Origin: Candidatus Lustribacter sp.
GTDB taxonomy: Bacteria > Vulcanimicrobiota > Vulcanimicrobiia > Vulcanimicrobiales > Vulcanimicrobiaceae
Assembly: GCA_965277805.1 (NCBI GenBank)
Contig: OZ255842.1
Span: 992,001 to 1,056,000, forward strand
Direction of reading: 5' to 3'
Length of the DNA stretch: 64,000 nucleotides
Shown here: piece by piece, positions 29,523 to 38,913 of the stretch
Position numbering within the stretch: position 1 is the first letter of the stretch
Layout of the letters: the number at the start of each line of letters is the position of its first letter
Position numbers and translations under genes: made by a program
The notes under the pieces: generated by a model
Told to the model about the DNA's origin: nothing
Database searches by the model: none
Seen by the model: the letters and a program-made list of their open reading frames with translations, nothing else

Positions 29523-30446
29523 ATGCGTGACGCCGTCGTCTCCAAGCCGAATTTTGCCGTCGAGGTCGTACGCGATCTGTCGATCGGCGCGCCCGGCGGC
29601 TTCGAGCAGCTCGCCGACATCTATCTCCCGCAGAACGTGGCGGGTGCGCCGCCGGTCGTCATTTGGATCCACGGGGGAGGCTGGCGCAATGGCGACCGGC
29701 ACAGCGGACCGGACTTCAGCCGTTTCTTTGCGCGTCGCGGATTTGCCATGGTCAGCATCGAGTACCGTACGAGCGATGAGGCGACGTTTCCGGCCCAAAT
29801 CGAAGACGTCAGAACAGCGATCCGCTGGGTTCGCAGCGTCGCGGCGCAATACGGTTTCGATGCTGGAAGAATCGGCCTCTGGGGATCCTCGGCGGGCGGC
29901 CATTTGGCGGCGCTCGCTGCAGTTACCGATGCCGGCGTGCAAGCGGTGGTTGATGGCTACGGTCCGACCGACATCTTGCTGATGGATGCGCAGCGCGATC
30001 CCGAACGTAAGCCGTCGAGCGACACCGGCTCGCTCTCGATACCCGCGGGCGAATGCTCCGGCGACGCCGATTCCCGCGAGTCGCTGCTGTTCGGCGCGCC
30101 GATCTACACGATTCCCGATCGCGTGCAGGCGGCGAATCCGATCCCTTACGTCAAACCGGGAGCGCCGCCGTTTCTCATCCTTCACGGCACGGCCGACGCC
30201 GCCGTCCCCGACGCGCAAAGCGTGATGCTCTACGAGGCGCTCGCCGCCGCCGGCAATGATGTAACGCTCGGGCTCGTCGAAGGACTCGGCCATGGTTTCT
30301 TCAGCCGGAACCATCTCGATGACGGAGAGCCGCGCACGATCTCAATGCGCATCCACACGTCGGGAGCGGCCGAACAGCAGATTTCGCGCAAGTCGCATAT
30401 TTTTGCGCAGATTGAGGCGTTCTTCCGAACGCATCTGGCCGTCTAG
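29523..30446 (+). CDS. Alpha/beta hydrolase (HSL-like esterase/lipase)
   Basis: IHGGGW, GSSAGG nucleophile elbow, HGTAD, GH. Confidence 0.9.
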   Translation: MRDAVVSKPNFAVEVVRDLSIGAPGGFEQLADIYLPQNVAGAPPVVIWIHGGGWRNGDRHSGPDFSRFFARRGFAMVSIEYRTSDEATFPAQIEDVRTAIRWVRSVAAQYGFDAGRIGLWGSSAGGHLAALAAVTDAGVQAVVDGYGPTDILLMDAQRDPERKPSSDTGSLSIPAGECSGDADSRESLLFGAPIYTIPDRVQAANPIPYVKPGAPPFLILHGTADAAVPDAQSVMLYEALAAAGNDVTLGLVEGLGHGFFSRNHLDDGEPRTISMRIHTSGAAEQQISRKSHIFAQIEAFFRTHLAV

Positions 30447-31369
30447 CGCGCGACCATCGGGCTCGTGATGTCGTTTTGAATGAGCCCTTGAGCGCGCATG
30501 GCGTCGAGCCACCAGCGCATCTGTTTTCCCGTCAGCCGCGGTTCGATCTGCGAATACCGGGTTTGCTTTACGACCGCCAGCGGCTGGTTGAGGTACTTTG
30601 CGACGTACTGATCGGCGAGGTCGAGATGAGCGAGGGCGAAATTCGCCCCGTCGGTGATGGCCCCGCGAAAAGCATTGACCAGGGCGGGGTTGCTATTTGC
30701 CCAGGCGGTGCTCGAGACGTAGATGACGATCGGCGTGTCGACCGGTGCGGTCGTCAGCACGTAGACCACGGCGGTGCCGCTCTTGTCGTCCAGGCTGCGC
30801 GAGACAAACGGTTCGACGCTGGCCACGGCGTCGACCGTGCCGCGTTTGAGCACGTCGTACATCGTGCTGAAGGGCACTTCGAAATAGTTGACCTGTTTGT
30901 AGTCCACGTGATGTGACGTCAGCCAGGCGTTGACCATCACGTAGTTCGCACTGCCGATCCCGCTGACGCCCACTTTTTTGCCCACCAGGTCTTCCGGCTT
31001 CGTAATGCCGGAGTCCGGCCGAGCGAGGAGCGCCGCGTTTTTGTCGGCCGGCGAGGACGCGGTGCCGCCGGCAATGCCGATGAGACCGATGCCCTTGCTC
31101 ATCGCCTGCAAGAGAACGGGCGGCGTGTTGCACCCGAGCGTCAATGCACCCGCGATGATGGCGGTCGCTTCCGTCGCGGAATTTTGCACCGGCCGCAATT
31201 CGACGCTGAGGCCGCGCTGCTGAAAAAAGCCCTGCTCCTTGGCCGTAAAGAGCGCGACGCAGTCTTTGATCGACCCGTAGCCGATGAGAATCGGTTCGTC
31301 GGCGGCGATGCTTTGGCGCGGCAGACCGCACAAAACCAAGGCCAGGGCGAAGACGAGGGCGGCTTTCAA
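30443..31369 (-). CDS. NMT1/SsuA-family substrate-binding protein (paralogue A)
   Basis: Signal peptide; AKEQGFFQQRGLSVE, DLVGKKVGVSG, LKRGTVDAV. Confidence 0.88.
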   Translation of the reverse strand: MKAALVFALALVLCGLPRQSIAADEPILIGYGSIKDCVALFTAKEQGFFQQRGLSVELRPVQNSATEATAIIAGALTLGCNTPPVLLQAMSKGIGLIGIAGGTASSPADKNAALLARPDSGITKPEDLVGKKVGVSGIGSANYVMVNAWLTSHHVDYKQVNYFEVPFSTMYDVLKRGTVDAVASVEPFVSRSLDDKSGTAVVYVLTTAPVDTPIVIYVSSTAWANSNPALVNAFRGAITDGANFALAHLDLADQYVAKYLNQPLAVVKQTRYSQIEPRLTGKQMRWWLDAMRAQGLIQNDITSPMVAR

Positions 31370-31378
31370 CGCCCGCGG

Positions 31379-32365
31379 CTAATCGTTCGTGACCTTGGCG
31401 AAGAGCGAGTCGACGTCCGGAACCTTCTTGATGTAGTTTTGCTTGTGCGCGTAGCGGACGAACGTCTCGACGATATGACGGTTGTGCTTGAGGCCGTGCA
31501 CGTACTGCGTCTCGCCGAACGTGTGCCGGCTCTCTTCGAGACTCAGCACTTCGTCGAAGCCGCTCAGGTATTTCGGCTCGAGATAGGCTTCATCGCAAAC
31601 CTGCTGCGCCTTGCGGAACGCGGCGAGCAGGCTGTCGGCGACCCACGGCGCGCGTTCGATCAGCGCTTCGCTGACGCACACGGTGTGCGTGATCGGCAGA
31701 ATATTCGTCTTCTTGTAGTAGTCGGCCAGTGCGGCGCGCGCATCGGGGAAGAGGCGGCGCAAGCGTTTATCGCCGCTCACGATCCCGGGCAGCGTGCTCG
31801 GGGCGAACACGGCGTCGACCGTGCCGTCGAGAAGCAACTCTTGGAGGTCGGCGTCGGGAGCTACCGAGATGTCCATGCCCTTGGGATACACATAGCCCGC
31901 GCCTTCGCTCGCCATCGTCGAGACCCACGACATCTCTTCGGGCTTGAGCCCGAAGTGGTCTTCGATGATGCCGCGCAGCCAAAGCATCACGGTCAGGCGA
32001 TACGCCAACACGCCGATCTTCTTGCCGCGCAGATCCGCGGGGCTTTTGAACGGTGCATCGCTGCGGCAGTACATGTAGGCCAGCACCGGCATGCGCAGCG
32101 GGAAGATCGGCAGTGCGATCACCGGCTCGCCGCGGTCGCGCGCCGCGCAGTACCACGAGAACGACATCTCCGCAACGTCGAATTCCTCGTACACCGGGCG
32201 CGTGCAAAACTGCGCGATGTCGTCGAGCGTGTAGGTCGGCTGCGTGCCCTCCGGGACCACGCGGCCATCGAGCAGCGGGCGGGTGCGATCGTAGTCGCTG
32301 AACGCGATGCTCAGCGGGAGAAGGTCCGAAACGCGTTCGCGCGCCGGGGATTCGATCAGTTGCAT
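31379..32365 (-). CDS. 4,5-dihydroxyphthalate decarboxylase-like / PBP2-fold protein
   Basis: YDRTRPLLDGRV, FDVAEMSFS, ALPIFPLR, WLRGII, PITHTV; no signal peptide. Confidence 0.8.
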   Translation of the reverse strand: MQLIESPARERVSDLLPLSIAFSDYDRTRPLLDGRVVPEGTQPTYTLDDIAQFCTRPVYEEFDVAEMSFSWYCAARDRGEPVIALPIFPLRMPVLAYMYCRSDAPFKSPADLRGKKIGVLAYRLTVMLWLRGIIEDHFGLKPEEMSWVSTMASEGAGYVYPKGMDISVAPDADLQELLLDGTVDAVFAPSTLPGIVSGDKRLRRLFPDARAALADYYKKTNILPITHTVCVSEALIERAPWVADSLLAAFRKAQQVCDEAYLEPKYLSGFDEVLSLEESRHTFGETQYVHGLKHNRHIVETFVRYAHKQNYIKKVPDVDSLFAKVTND

Positions 32366-32445
32366 CAGCGCCACCTCAAAAGATTCGCAGTAGTGAAGGA
32401 TACCGGAAAAATGGCTAAATCTCCCCCGTCCTCGTGAACCCGGCT

Positions 32446-33369
32446 CTAACGAGCGACAATGGGACCTGGGATGTCGTTTTGGATGAGGCCTTGGGCTTTC
32501 ATGTTGTCGAGCCACCAGCGCATTTTCTTCGCGGTTAAACGCGAATCGATCTGTGAATACGGCGTTTCCCGCACCACGGCAACAGGCTGGTTGACGTATT
32601 TCGCGACGTACTGGTCTGCGAGATCGAGGTGTGCCAGAGCGAATCTCGCCCCGTCGGCGATTGCTCCGCGGAATGCGTCGACCCCAGCCGGGTTCTTGAC
32701 GGCCCAATCCGCGCTCGACACGTAGATGTCGAGTGGTGTCCCGGCCGGCATCGTGCTCTGGAGGTAGACGACCGCTACCCCGGTTTTGTCATCCAGAATG
32801 CGCGTGAGAACGGGGACCACGCTCGCAACGGCATCGACGGTCCCGCGTTTGAGCGCGTCATGCATCGTGCCGAAGGGGATTTCGAAGTAGCTGACGCGTT
32901 TGGGATCGACGCCGTGGGCGATGAGCCACGCGTTGAGGATCACGTAGTTGGTGCTGCCGATTCCGCTGACGCCGACTTTCTTCCCGATCAGGTCTGCCGG
33001 CTTTGCGATCCCGCCGTCCGGACGCGCGACGAGAGCCACATTTTTTTCATCCGGCGTCGTGACCGTGCCGCCGGCGATGCCGATGAGGCCGATGCCTTTG
33101 CTCAGCGCCTGCAACAACACCGGCGGCGTGTTGCACCCGAGGGTCATCGCATTGCCGAGGATGGCGGTCGCTTCCGTCGCGGAGTTTTGCACGGCTCGAA
33201 GTTCGACGTTCAAGCCGCGCTGCTGAAAATAACCTTGTTCCTTCGCGGCGAACAACGCGACGCAACCCTTGATCGATGTATAGCCGACGATGAGCGGCTC
33301 GTCGGCGTTCGCTTGCCGCGGCAGACCGCCCAACGCAACGGCAAGCATGAGCACGAGGGCGGTTCTCAC
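32446..33369 (-). CDS. NMT1/SsuA-family substrate-binding protein (paralogue B)
   Basis: Close paralogue of 30443-31369 and 33376-34302. Confidence 0.88.
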   Translation of the reverse strand: MRTALVLMLAVALGGLPRQANADEPLIVGYTSIKGCVALFAAKEQGYFQQRGLNVELRAVQNSATEATAILGNAMTLGCNTPPVLLQALSKGIGLIGIAGGTVTTPDEKNVALVARPDGGIAKPADLIGKKVGVSGIGSTNYVILNAWLIAHGVDPKRVSYFEIPFGTMHDALKRGTVDAVASVVPVLTRILDDKTGVAVVYLQSTMPAGTPLDIYVSSADWAVKNPAGVDAFRGAIADGARFALAHLDLADQYVAKYVNQPVAVVRETPYSQIDSRLTAKKMRWWLDNMKAQGLIQNDIPGPIVAR

Positions 33370-33375
33370 GCTGAC

Positions 33376-34302
33376 CTAACGCGCGACGATCGGGCCCGGG
33401 ATGTCGTTTTGGATCAGGTCTTGGGCTTTCATGTTGTCGAGCCACCAGCGCATCTGTTTTGAGGTCAAGCGGGAGTCAATTCGTGAATACTGGGTTTGTT
33501 TAACCACGGCAACCGGCTGGTTGAGATATTTTGAGACATACTGGTCGGCGAGATCCGAATGTGCGAGGGCAAAGCTCGCGCCCTGAGCGATCGCTCCACG
33601 GAAGGCATTCACCGCAGCGGAATTCTTATTCGCCCACTCCGTGCTCGAGATGTAGATCACGAGCGGCGTCTCGGTCGGCATCGTGCTCAAAAGGTAGACG
33701 ATTGGGACGCCGCTCTTATCATCGAGGCTGCGCGTGAGAATTGGAGCAACACTTGCAACGGCGTCAACCGTGCCGCGCTTAAGGACATCGTACATCGTGC
33801 TGAACGGCACTTCGAAATAGCTGACGCGTTTGAAATCGACGTGGTTCGCCATCAGCCAGGCGTTGAGGATCACGTAATTCGTGCTGCCGATTCCGCTCAC
33901 GCCGACTTTTTTGCCGGCCAAGTCTTCGGGTTTGACGATCCCGGCATCAGGCCGCGCAAGGAGTGCCGCGTTTTTATCGGTCGGGGTCGAAACGGAGCCG
34001 CCGGCGATCGCGATGAGGCCGATCCCTTTGCTCATTGCTTGCAGCAAGACCGGCGGTGTGTTGCATCCGAGGGTGAGGGCGTTGGCGACGATGGCGGTCG
34101 CTTCGGTGGCGGAATTTTGCACCGGCCGCAACTCGACATTGAGGCCATGCTGCTGAAAATAGCCCTGCTCCTTCGCCGTGAACAGAGCGACGCAATCCTT
34201 GACCGAGGTGTAACCGATGATGATGGGTTCATCGGCGGCGTTCATTTGCTGCGGCAGACCGCACAAAACGAAGCCGAAGATAAGGGCGAGAACGGCTTTC
34301 AT
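33376..34302 (-). CDS. NMT1/SsuA-family substrate-binding protein (paralogue C)
   Basis: ATG at 34302 (MKAVLALIFG); 3' end nearly identical to paralogue B (RWWLDNMKAQ.LIQNDIPGPIVAR). Confidence 0.88.
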   Translation of the reverse strand: MKAVLALIFGFVLCGLPQQMNAADEPIIIGYTSVKDCVALFTAKEQGYFQQHGLNVELRPVQNSATEATAIVANALTLGCNTPPVLLQAMSKGIGLIAIAGGSVSTPTDKNAALLARPDAGIVKPEDLAGKKVGVSGIGSTNYVILNAWLMANHVDFKRVSYFEVPFSTMYDVLKRGTVDAVASVAPILTRSLDDKSGVPIVYLLSTMPTETPLVIYISSTEWANKNSAAVNAFRGAIAQGASFALAHSDLADQYVSKYLNQPVAVVKQTQYSRIDSRLTSKQMRWWLDNMKAQDLIQNDIPGPIVAR

Positions 34303-34377
34303 GCTGCGGTCTCCATAGACACGACGATTTTTCGCAATTCGGAGGAATACCGGCGAAATTTCGAAACTCCTGGTGGA

Positions 34378-35076
34378 ATGTTTCCAGTCGCGGCCTCCCG
34401 TCCGGGAACGATCACCGTTGCCGGCGAGCTCTACGAGCAGCTTCGATGCGACATTTTGTCCGCCCGACTGCGTCCGGGTCAGCGTTTGCGTAACGAAGCG
34501 CTCAAGGCGCGTTATGGCGGCGGCGTCGGCACCGTGCGCGAGGCCCTGAACCGGCTGCGGGCCGAGGGACTCGTTACGCAGGAAGATCAGCGCGGCTTTC
34601 GCGTGTCTCCGGTAAGTCTCGATGAACTGCGCGAACTGACCGAGACGCGCTGCTGGGTGAACGCCGTCGCGCTCACGGCCTCGTGCGCGAACGGTGACGC
34701 AGCGTGGGAAGAAGCGGTCTTGCTCGCCTATCACCGCATGTCGCGGTCTGTCTCGCGGGCCGTCGCGGGCGAGCCCACGATCGAGCAACGCGAACTGCAT
34801 CGCATGTTTCATGCATCGCTTTACGCCGCGTGTGCTTCGCGCTGGCTGATCGGATTTGCCGAGATGCTGTTCGATGCTGCTGCCCGTTACCAAAGCCTCG
34901 CCTACCCGGACGAGCGCGATCCGCGCGACTACGACGCCGAGCACCGGGCGATCATGGAAGCAGCGGTCGCGCGCAAGGCCCCGGAGGCCGTAGCGTTGCT
35001 CGACGAGCATTTCCGGGCGACGGCCGAACGCGTGGCGCGCGCGGCGTCGCGCGACAACGGACTGGCGCTGGCGTGA
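34378..35076 (+). CDS. GntR-family regulator (FCD domain)
   Basis: LRCDILSARLRPGQRL...VREALNRLRAEGLV...RGFRV; HRMFH; EHRAIMEA. Confidence 0.9.
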   Translation: MFPVAASRPGTITVAGELYEQLRCDILSARLRPGQRLRNEALKARYGGGVGTVREALNRLRAEGLVTQEDQRGFRVSPVSLDELRELTETRCWVNAVALTASCANGDAAWEEAVLLAYHRMSRSVSRAVAGEPTIEQRELHRMFHASLYAACASRWLIGFAEMLFDAAARYQSLAYPDERDPRDYDAEHRAIMEAAVARKAPEAVALLDEHFRATAERVARAASRDNGLALA

Positions 35077-37139
35077 GTGCCGTCGCGGGCTTGCGCATCG
35101 GGGTCGACATCGGCGGCACGTTCACCGACGTGGCCGTGCTCGATCCGGCTGACGGCTCCGTGGCGTACGGCAAGGCGCTGAGCACACCCGACGATCTCGT
35201 GCGCGGGATCTTCGATGCGATCGAGGCTTCGGGCGCCGCACCGTCGGCGGCCGACTTCATCATTCACGGCTCGACGGTCGCGATCAATGCGATCCTCGAG
35301 CGCAAAGGCGCGCATACGGCGCTGATCACAACCGGCGGCTTCCGCGATACCTACGAGATCGGCCGCATCAACCGCCCCGATTCGTTCAACTTGTTCTTTC
35401 GCAAACACGTGCCGCTCGTTCCGCGCGACCGCGTGTTCGAGATCGACGAACGCATGCTCGCTGACGGCACGGTCTGGCGCCCGTTTCCGGATGAAAGCGC
35501 GCGCGCGGTGGCGCAGACGCTCGTCGATGAGAAGATCGAGTCGGTCGCGGTCGTGTTCATTCACGCCTACAACACGATCGATCACGAAGCGCGCATGCTC
35601 GCGATCCTGCGCGAAGCGAATCCCGACTGGTTCCTCACCGCATCGCACGAGGTCTCGCGTGAACAGCGCGAATACGAACGCATCTCGACGACCGTCGCCA
35701 ACGCGTATGTGGGCCCGCGCGTCTCGTCGTATCTCGCGCGCCTCGAAACGCGCCTCGAACGCGAAGGCTTCGGCGGCAGCCTGCTGATCATGCAATCCAG
35801 CGGCGGCCTCTTCGACGTCGCAACGGCGCGCGCGCAGTGCATCCAGATGCTCGAATCGGGACCGGCCGCGGGCGTCGTCGCTTCGAAGACGATCGGTGCG
35901 TCGCTCGGGCTGGAAAACCTCATCTGCTTCGACATGGGCGGCACGACGGCGAAAGCATGCGTGCTGCAGCGCGGAACCGCCGCGCTCTCGGCCGACTACT
36001 TCGTCGGCGGCTACAACGAAGGTCTGGTCATTCGTATCCCCGTCCTCGACATCAAGGAAGTCGGCACCGGCGGCGGCAGCCTCGCCTGGATCGATGACGT
36101 CGGCGCGCTGCACGTTGGTCCTGAGAGCGCCGGCGCCAGCCCGGGCCCCGCGTGTTACGGCAACGGCGGCGAATTGCCGACCGTCACCGACGCGCACCTC
36201 GTGCTCGGCCATCTCTCGGCGTCGCGTTTCAACGACGGCCGGATCAAGCTCGATGAAGCCGCCGCGATCCGCGCGATCGAGACGCACGTTGCCGGGCCGC
36301 TCGGGCTCGACGTCGCGACGGCTGCGGGCGGTATCCTCGCGATCGCGAACGCGCAGATGGCCAACGGCGTGCGCGCGGTGACGACCGAACGCGGACTCGA
36401 CCCGCGCGATTTCACGCTGGTCGTTTACGGCGGCGCGGGCCCGCTGCACGCGGTCGACGTGGCGCGCGAGCTCGCGATCAACGCGGTGATCATCCCCGAT
36501 TCGCCGGGACACTTCTCAGCCTTCGGCATGCAAACGGCGGATTTGCGCCGCGAGTACGCGCGCACGTTCGTGCGGCCGCTGGACACCGCCGTCATCGAGC
36601 AAGTCAAAACGATGTGCGAAGGCTTGCGCGGCGACGCCGCGGCGTGGCTCTCCGAAGCCGGCGTGCCGAGCGAAGGCATGGCCTTCGAACACGCGGCCGA
36701 CATCCGTTACATCGGCCAAGAACATGCGGTGACGGTCGCCCTCAACATCGATGCCGATCCGGCGACGCTCGTGCGCGAAGCGAAGGACGCCTTCGACGCG
36801 GCGCACTTGCAGCGCTATAGCCACAACGCGCCGCAAGAAGCGGCGGAACTGGTCACCGTGCGCGTGTCGGTGATCGGCATCCTGAGCAAACCATCGCCGC
36901 GCCGCGTCGCCGGCGGGAACGCCGCGCCCGAACCTGCCGCGCATCTCGATCGCCGCGCGATCAGCTTCGATCGCTCGGCAGCAATCGATGCGGCGGTCTA
37001 CGATCGCACGCAGCTGCTGGTCGGGAACACGATCGCGGGACCGGCCGTGATTCAAGAAGCGGGCTCCGCCACGAGCGTGCCGCCCGGCGTCACGCTGCGC
37101 GTCGGCGACTTCGGCCATCTCTTCCTCGAGGTATCCTGA
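35073..37139 (+). CDS. Hydantoinase/oxoprolinase family, subunit A
   Basis: GTG overlapping the GntR stop; GVDIGGTFTD, ESGPAAG, DMGGTT, GTGGGS, GGAGPLH. Confidence 0.93.
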   Translation: MSAVAGLRIGVDIGGTFTDVAVLDPADGSVAYGKALSTPDDLVRGIFDAIEASGAAPSAADFIIHGSTVAINAILERKGAHTALITTGGFRDTYEIGRINRPDSFNLFFRKHVPLVPRDRVFEIDERMLADGTVWRPFPDESARAVAQTLVDEKIESVAVVFIHAYNTIDHEARMLAILREANPDWFLTASHEVSREQREYERISTTVANAYVGPRVSSYLARLETRLEREGFGGSLLIMQSSGGLFDVATARAQCIQMLESGPAAGVVASKTIGASLGLENLICFDMGGTTAKACVLQRGTAALSADYFVGGYNEGLVIRIPVLDIKEVGTGGGSLAWIDDVGALHVGPESAGASPGPACYGNGGELPTVTDAHLVLGHLSASRFNDGRIKLDEAAAIRAIETHVAGPLGLDVATAAGGILAIANAQMANGVRAVTTERGLDPRDFTLVVYGGAGPLHAVDVARELAINAVIIPDSPGHFSAFGMQTADLRREYARTFVRPLDTAVIEQVKTMCEGLRGDAAAWLSEAGVPSEGMAFEHAADIRYIGQEHAVTVALNIDADPATLVREAKDAFDAAHLQRYSHNAPQEAAELVTVRVSVIGILSKPSPRRVAGGNAAPEPAAHLDRRAISFDRSAAIDAAVYDRTQLLVGNTIAGPAVIQEAGSATSVPPGVTLRVGDFGHLFLEVS

Positions 37140-37143
37140 CACG

Positions 37144-38913
37144 ATGCTCGCATCGACGCCGGCCGTGACCGACCCGATCACCGCCGAGATCATTCGCAGT
37201 TCGCTCATCGCGATCACCGATGAGATGAAGACGAACCTCATGCGCACGGCTTATAGCCCGATCATCTACGAAGCGCTCGACTACACCGTCGGCCTCTTCG
37301 ATGAGAAGGGCGATACGATCTCGATCGGCCTCGGCTTGCCGATGTTCATCCGCGGTCTCTCGGATGCGATCAAGGCGAAGATCGAGCATTACGGCTACGA
37401 CAAGATCTACCCGGGCGACATCCTGCTCACCAACGACGCCTACATCATGGGCAGTCATCTCTACCACATGGTTTTCACCGTGCCGATCTTCCACGAGGGA
37501 AAGATCGCGGGCTTCGCGTCGTCGATGGCACATTGGACCGACGTCGGCGGCGTGATCAGCGGCACGACGCAAGACATCTACTCCGAAGGCCTGCAGCTCC
37601 CGATCGTCAAGATTTTCAAGCGCGGCGTGCAGGATGAAGAACTGACCGATATCATCTGCACGAACGTGCGCATGCCCGACCTCGCGATGGGCGACTTCCG
37701 CGCGCAAATTTCCGCGATCCGCACGGGTGAGATCCGCTACGGTGCGCTCCTCGCGCGCTATGGACGCGACGCCGTCGACTCGAGCCTTCGGAGTATCGCC
37801 GATCAGAGCGAACGGACCGCGCGCGCGGCGGTCGCTACGATTCCCGACGGCGTCTACGTGGCCGAATCGTACATGGACGACGACGGCATCGGCAGCACGC
37901 CGATCGTCATCAAGGTGCGCGTCATCGTCGAGGGCGATCAGATGACGATCGATCTCTCCGATGTCGCGAAGCAAGTCCCGGGGTACTTCAACTCGGGCGC
38001 CACGGCCGGACGCTCGGCCGCGCAAGTCGCGTTCAAGTGTCTCACGACTCCGGCCGTCTATCCGATCAACGAGGGGGCGTTCCGGCCGCTGAACATCGTG
38101 CTGCCGCCCGGCACCGTGGTGAGTGCAACGAAACCGTCGGCGATGCGCTGGTGGATGACGATCCCGATGACGGTCGTTGAGACCGTGTTCAAAGCGTTAG
38201 CTCCGGTGATCCCCGATCGCGTGATCGCAGGCCATTATGCCGACCTCTGCATCTGCGTGTACTACGGCCTCGATCCGAAGACGGGCCGCTTCTTCGTGCG
38301 GGGCGGCAACATGCCGGGCGGCGGCTGGGGAGCGAAGCACAACGAAGACGGCATAAGCGCGGTCATCTGCATCAACGACGGCGATACACACAACTTCGTC
38401 TCCGAAGCGGTCGAGCTCAAGTCCCCAATGATCTTCGAGAAGTACGGTTTGCGTTGCGACTCCGGCGGGGCCGGTCAGTTTCGCGGCGGCCTGGGCGTCG
38501 ACTTGCGCGTGCGCGTCCGCTCGACCATGCGCTTCAACTCGTTCATCGAGCGGACGAAGTGTGCGCCGTGGGGACTGCACGGTGGGAAGGACGCCTTGCC
38601 GAACAACGTCACGATCGAGCGCGCGAACGGCGAACTCGTAACCAAGGACAACGGTAAGTTCGATTCGCTGACCCTCTATGAAGGCGACGTCGTCATCGTC
38701 GAGTCCGGCGGAGGCGGCGGCTACGGAGACCCCCGCCTACGCCCGCGCGCCACGGTACGCAACGACGTCCGCCGCGGCTACGTCAGCGAACGCTCCGCCA
38801 TCGAAGACTACGGAATGACCCCCGCCGACCTCGCCCATGTCAACCCGAGCAAAGCGCCCGAAGGGCGCCTCGTCGAGGGACCGCCACCAACCGAGGTCAT
38901 CACGAGCGGCTAA
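37144..38913 (+). CDS. Hydantoinase B/oxoprolinase family, subunit B
   Basis: RTAYSPIIYE, PGDILLTNDAY, AHWTDVGG, DSGGAGQFRGGLG, GGGGYGDP; the C-terminus runs through repeat copy 4. Confidence 0.93.
   Translation: MLASTPAVTDPITAEIIRSSLIAITDEMKTNLMRTAYSPIIYEALDYTVGLFDEKGDTISIGLGLPMFIRGLSDAIKAKIEHYGYDKIYPGDILLTNDAYIMGSHLYHMVFTVPIFHEGKIAGFASSMAHWTDVGGVISGTTQDIYSEGLQLPIVKIFKRGVQDEELTDIICTNVRMPDLAMGDFRAQISAIRTGEIRYGALLARYGRDAVDSSLRSIADQSERTARAAVATIPDGVYVAESYMDDDGIGSTPIVIKVRVIVEGDQMTIDLSDVAKQVPGYFNSGATAGRSAAQVAFKCLTTPAVYPINEGAFRPLNIVLPPGTVVSATKPSAMRWWMTIPMTVVETVFKALAPVIPDRVIAGHYADLCICVYYGLDPKTGRFFVRGGNMPGGGWGAKHNEDGISAVICINDGDTHNFVSEAVELKSPMIFEKYGLRCDSGGAGQFRGGLGVDLRVRVRSTMRFNSFIERTKCAPWGLHGGKDALPNNVTIERANGELVTKDNGKFDSLTLYEGDVVIVESGGGGGYGDPRLRPRATVRNDVRRGYVSERSAIEDYGMTPADLAHVNPSKAPEGRLVEGPPPTEVITSG
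38838..38886 (+). repeat. Long-variant palindromic repeat copy 4 (right edge of island)
   Basis: TGTCAACCCGAGCAAAGCGCCCGAAGGGCGCCTCGTCGAGGGACCGCC; differs from copy 3 by 3 substitutions and 1 indel. Confidence 0.85.

Noticed and set aside
23477-38886. Island as prophage, ICE or composite transposon
   Set aside because: No integrase, transposase, relaxase or phage genes, and no tRNA target seen.
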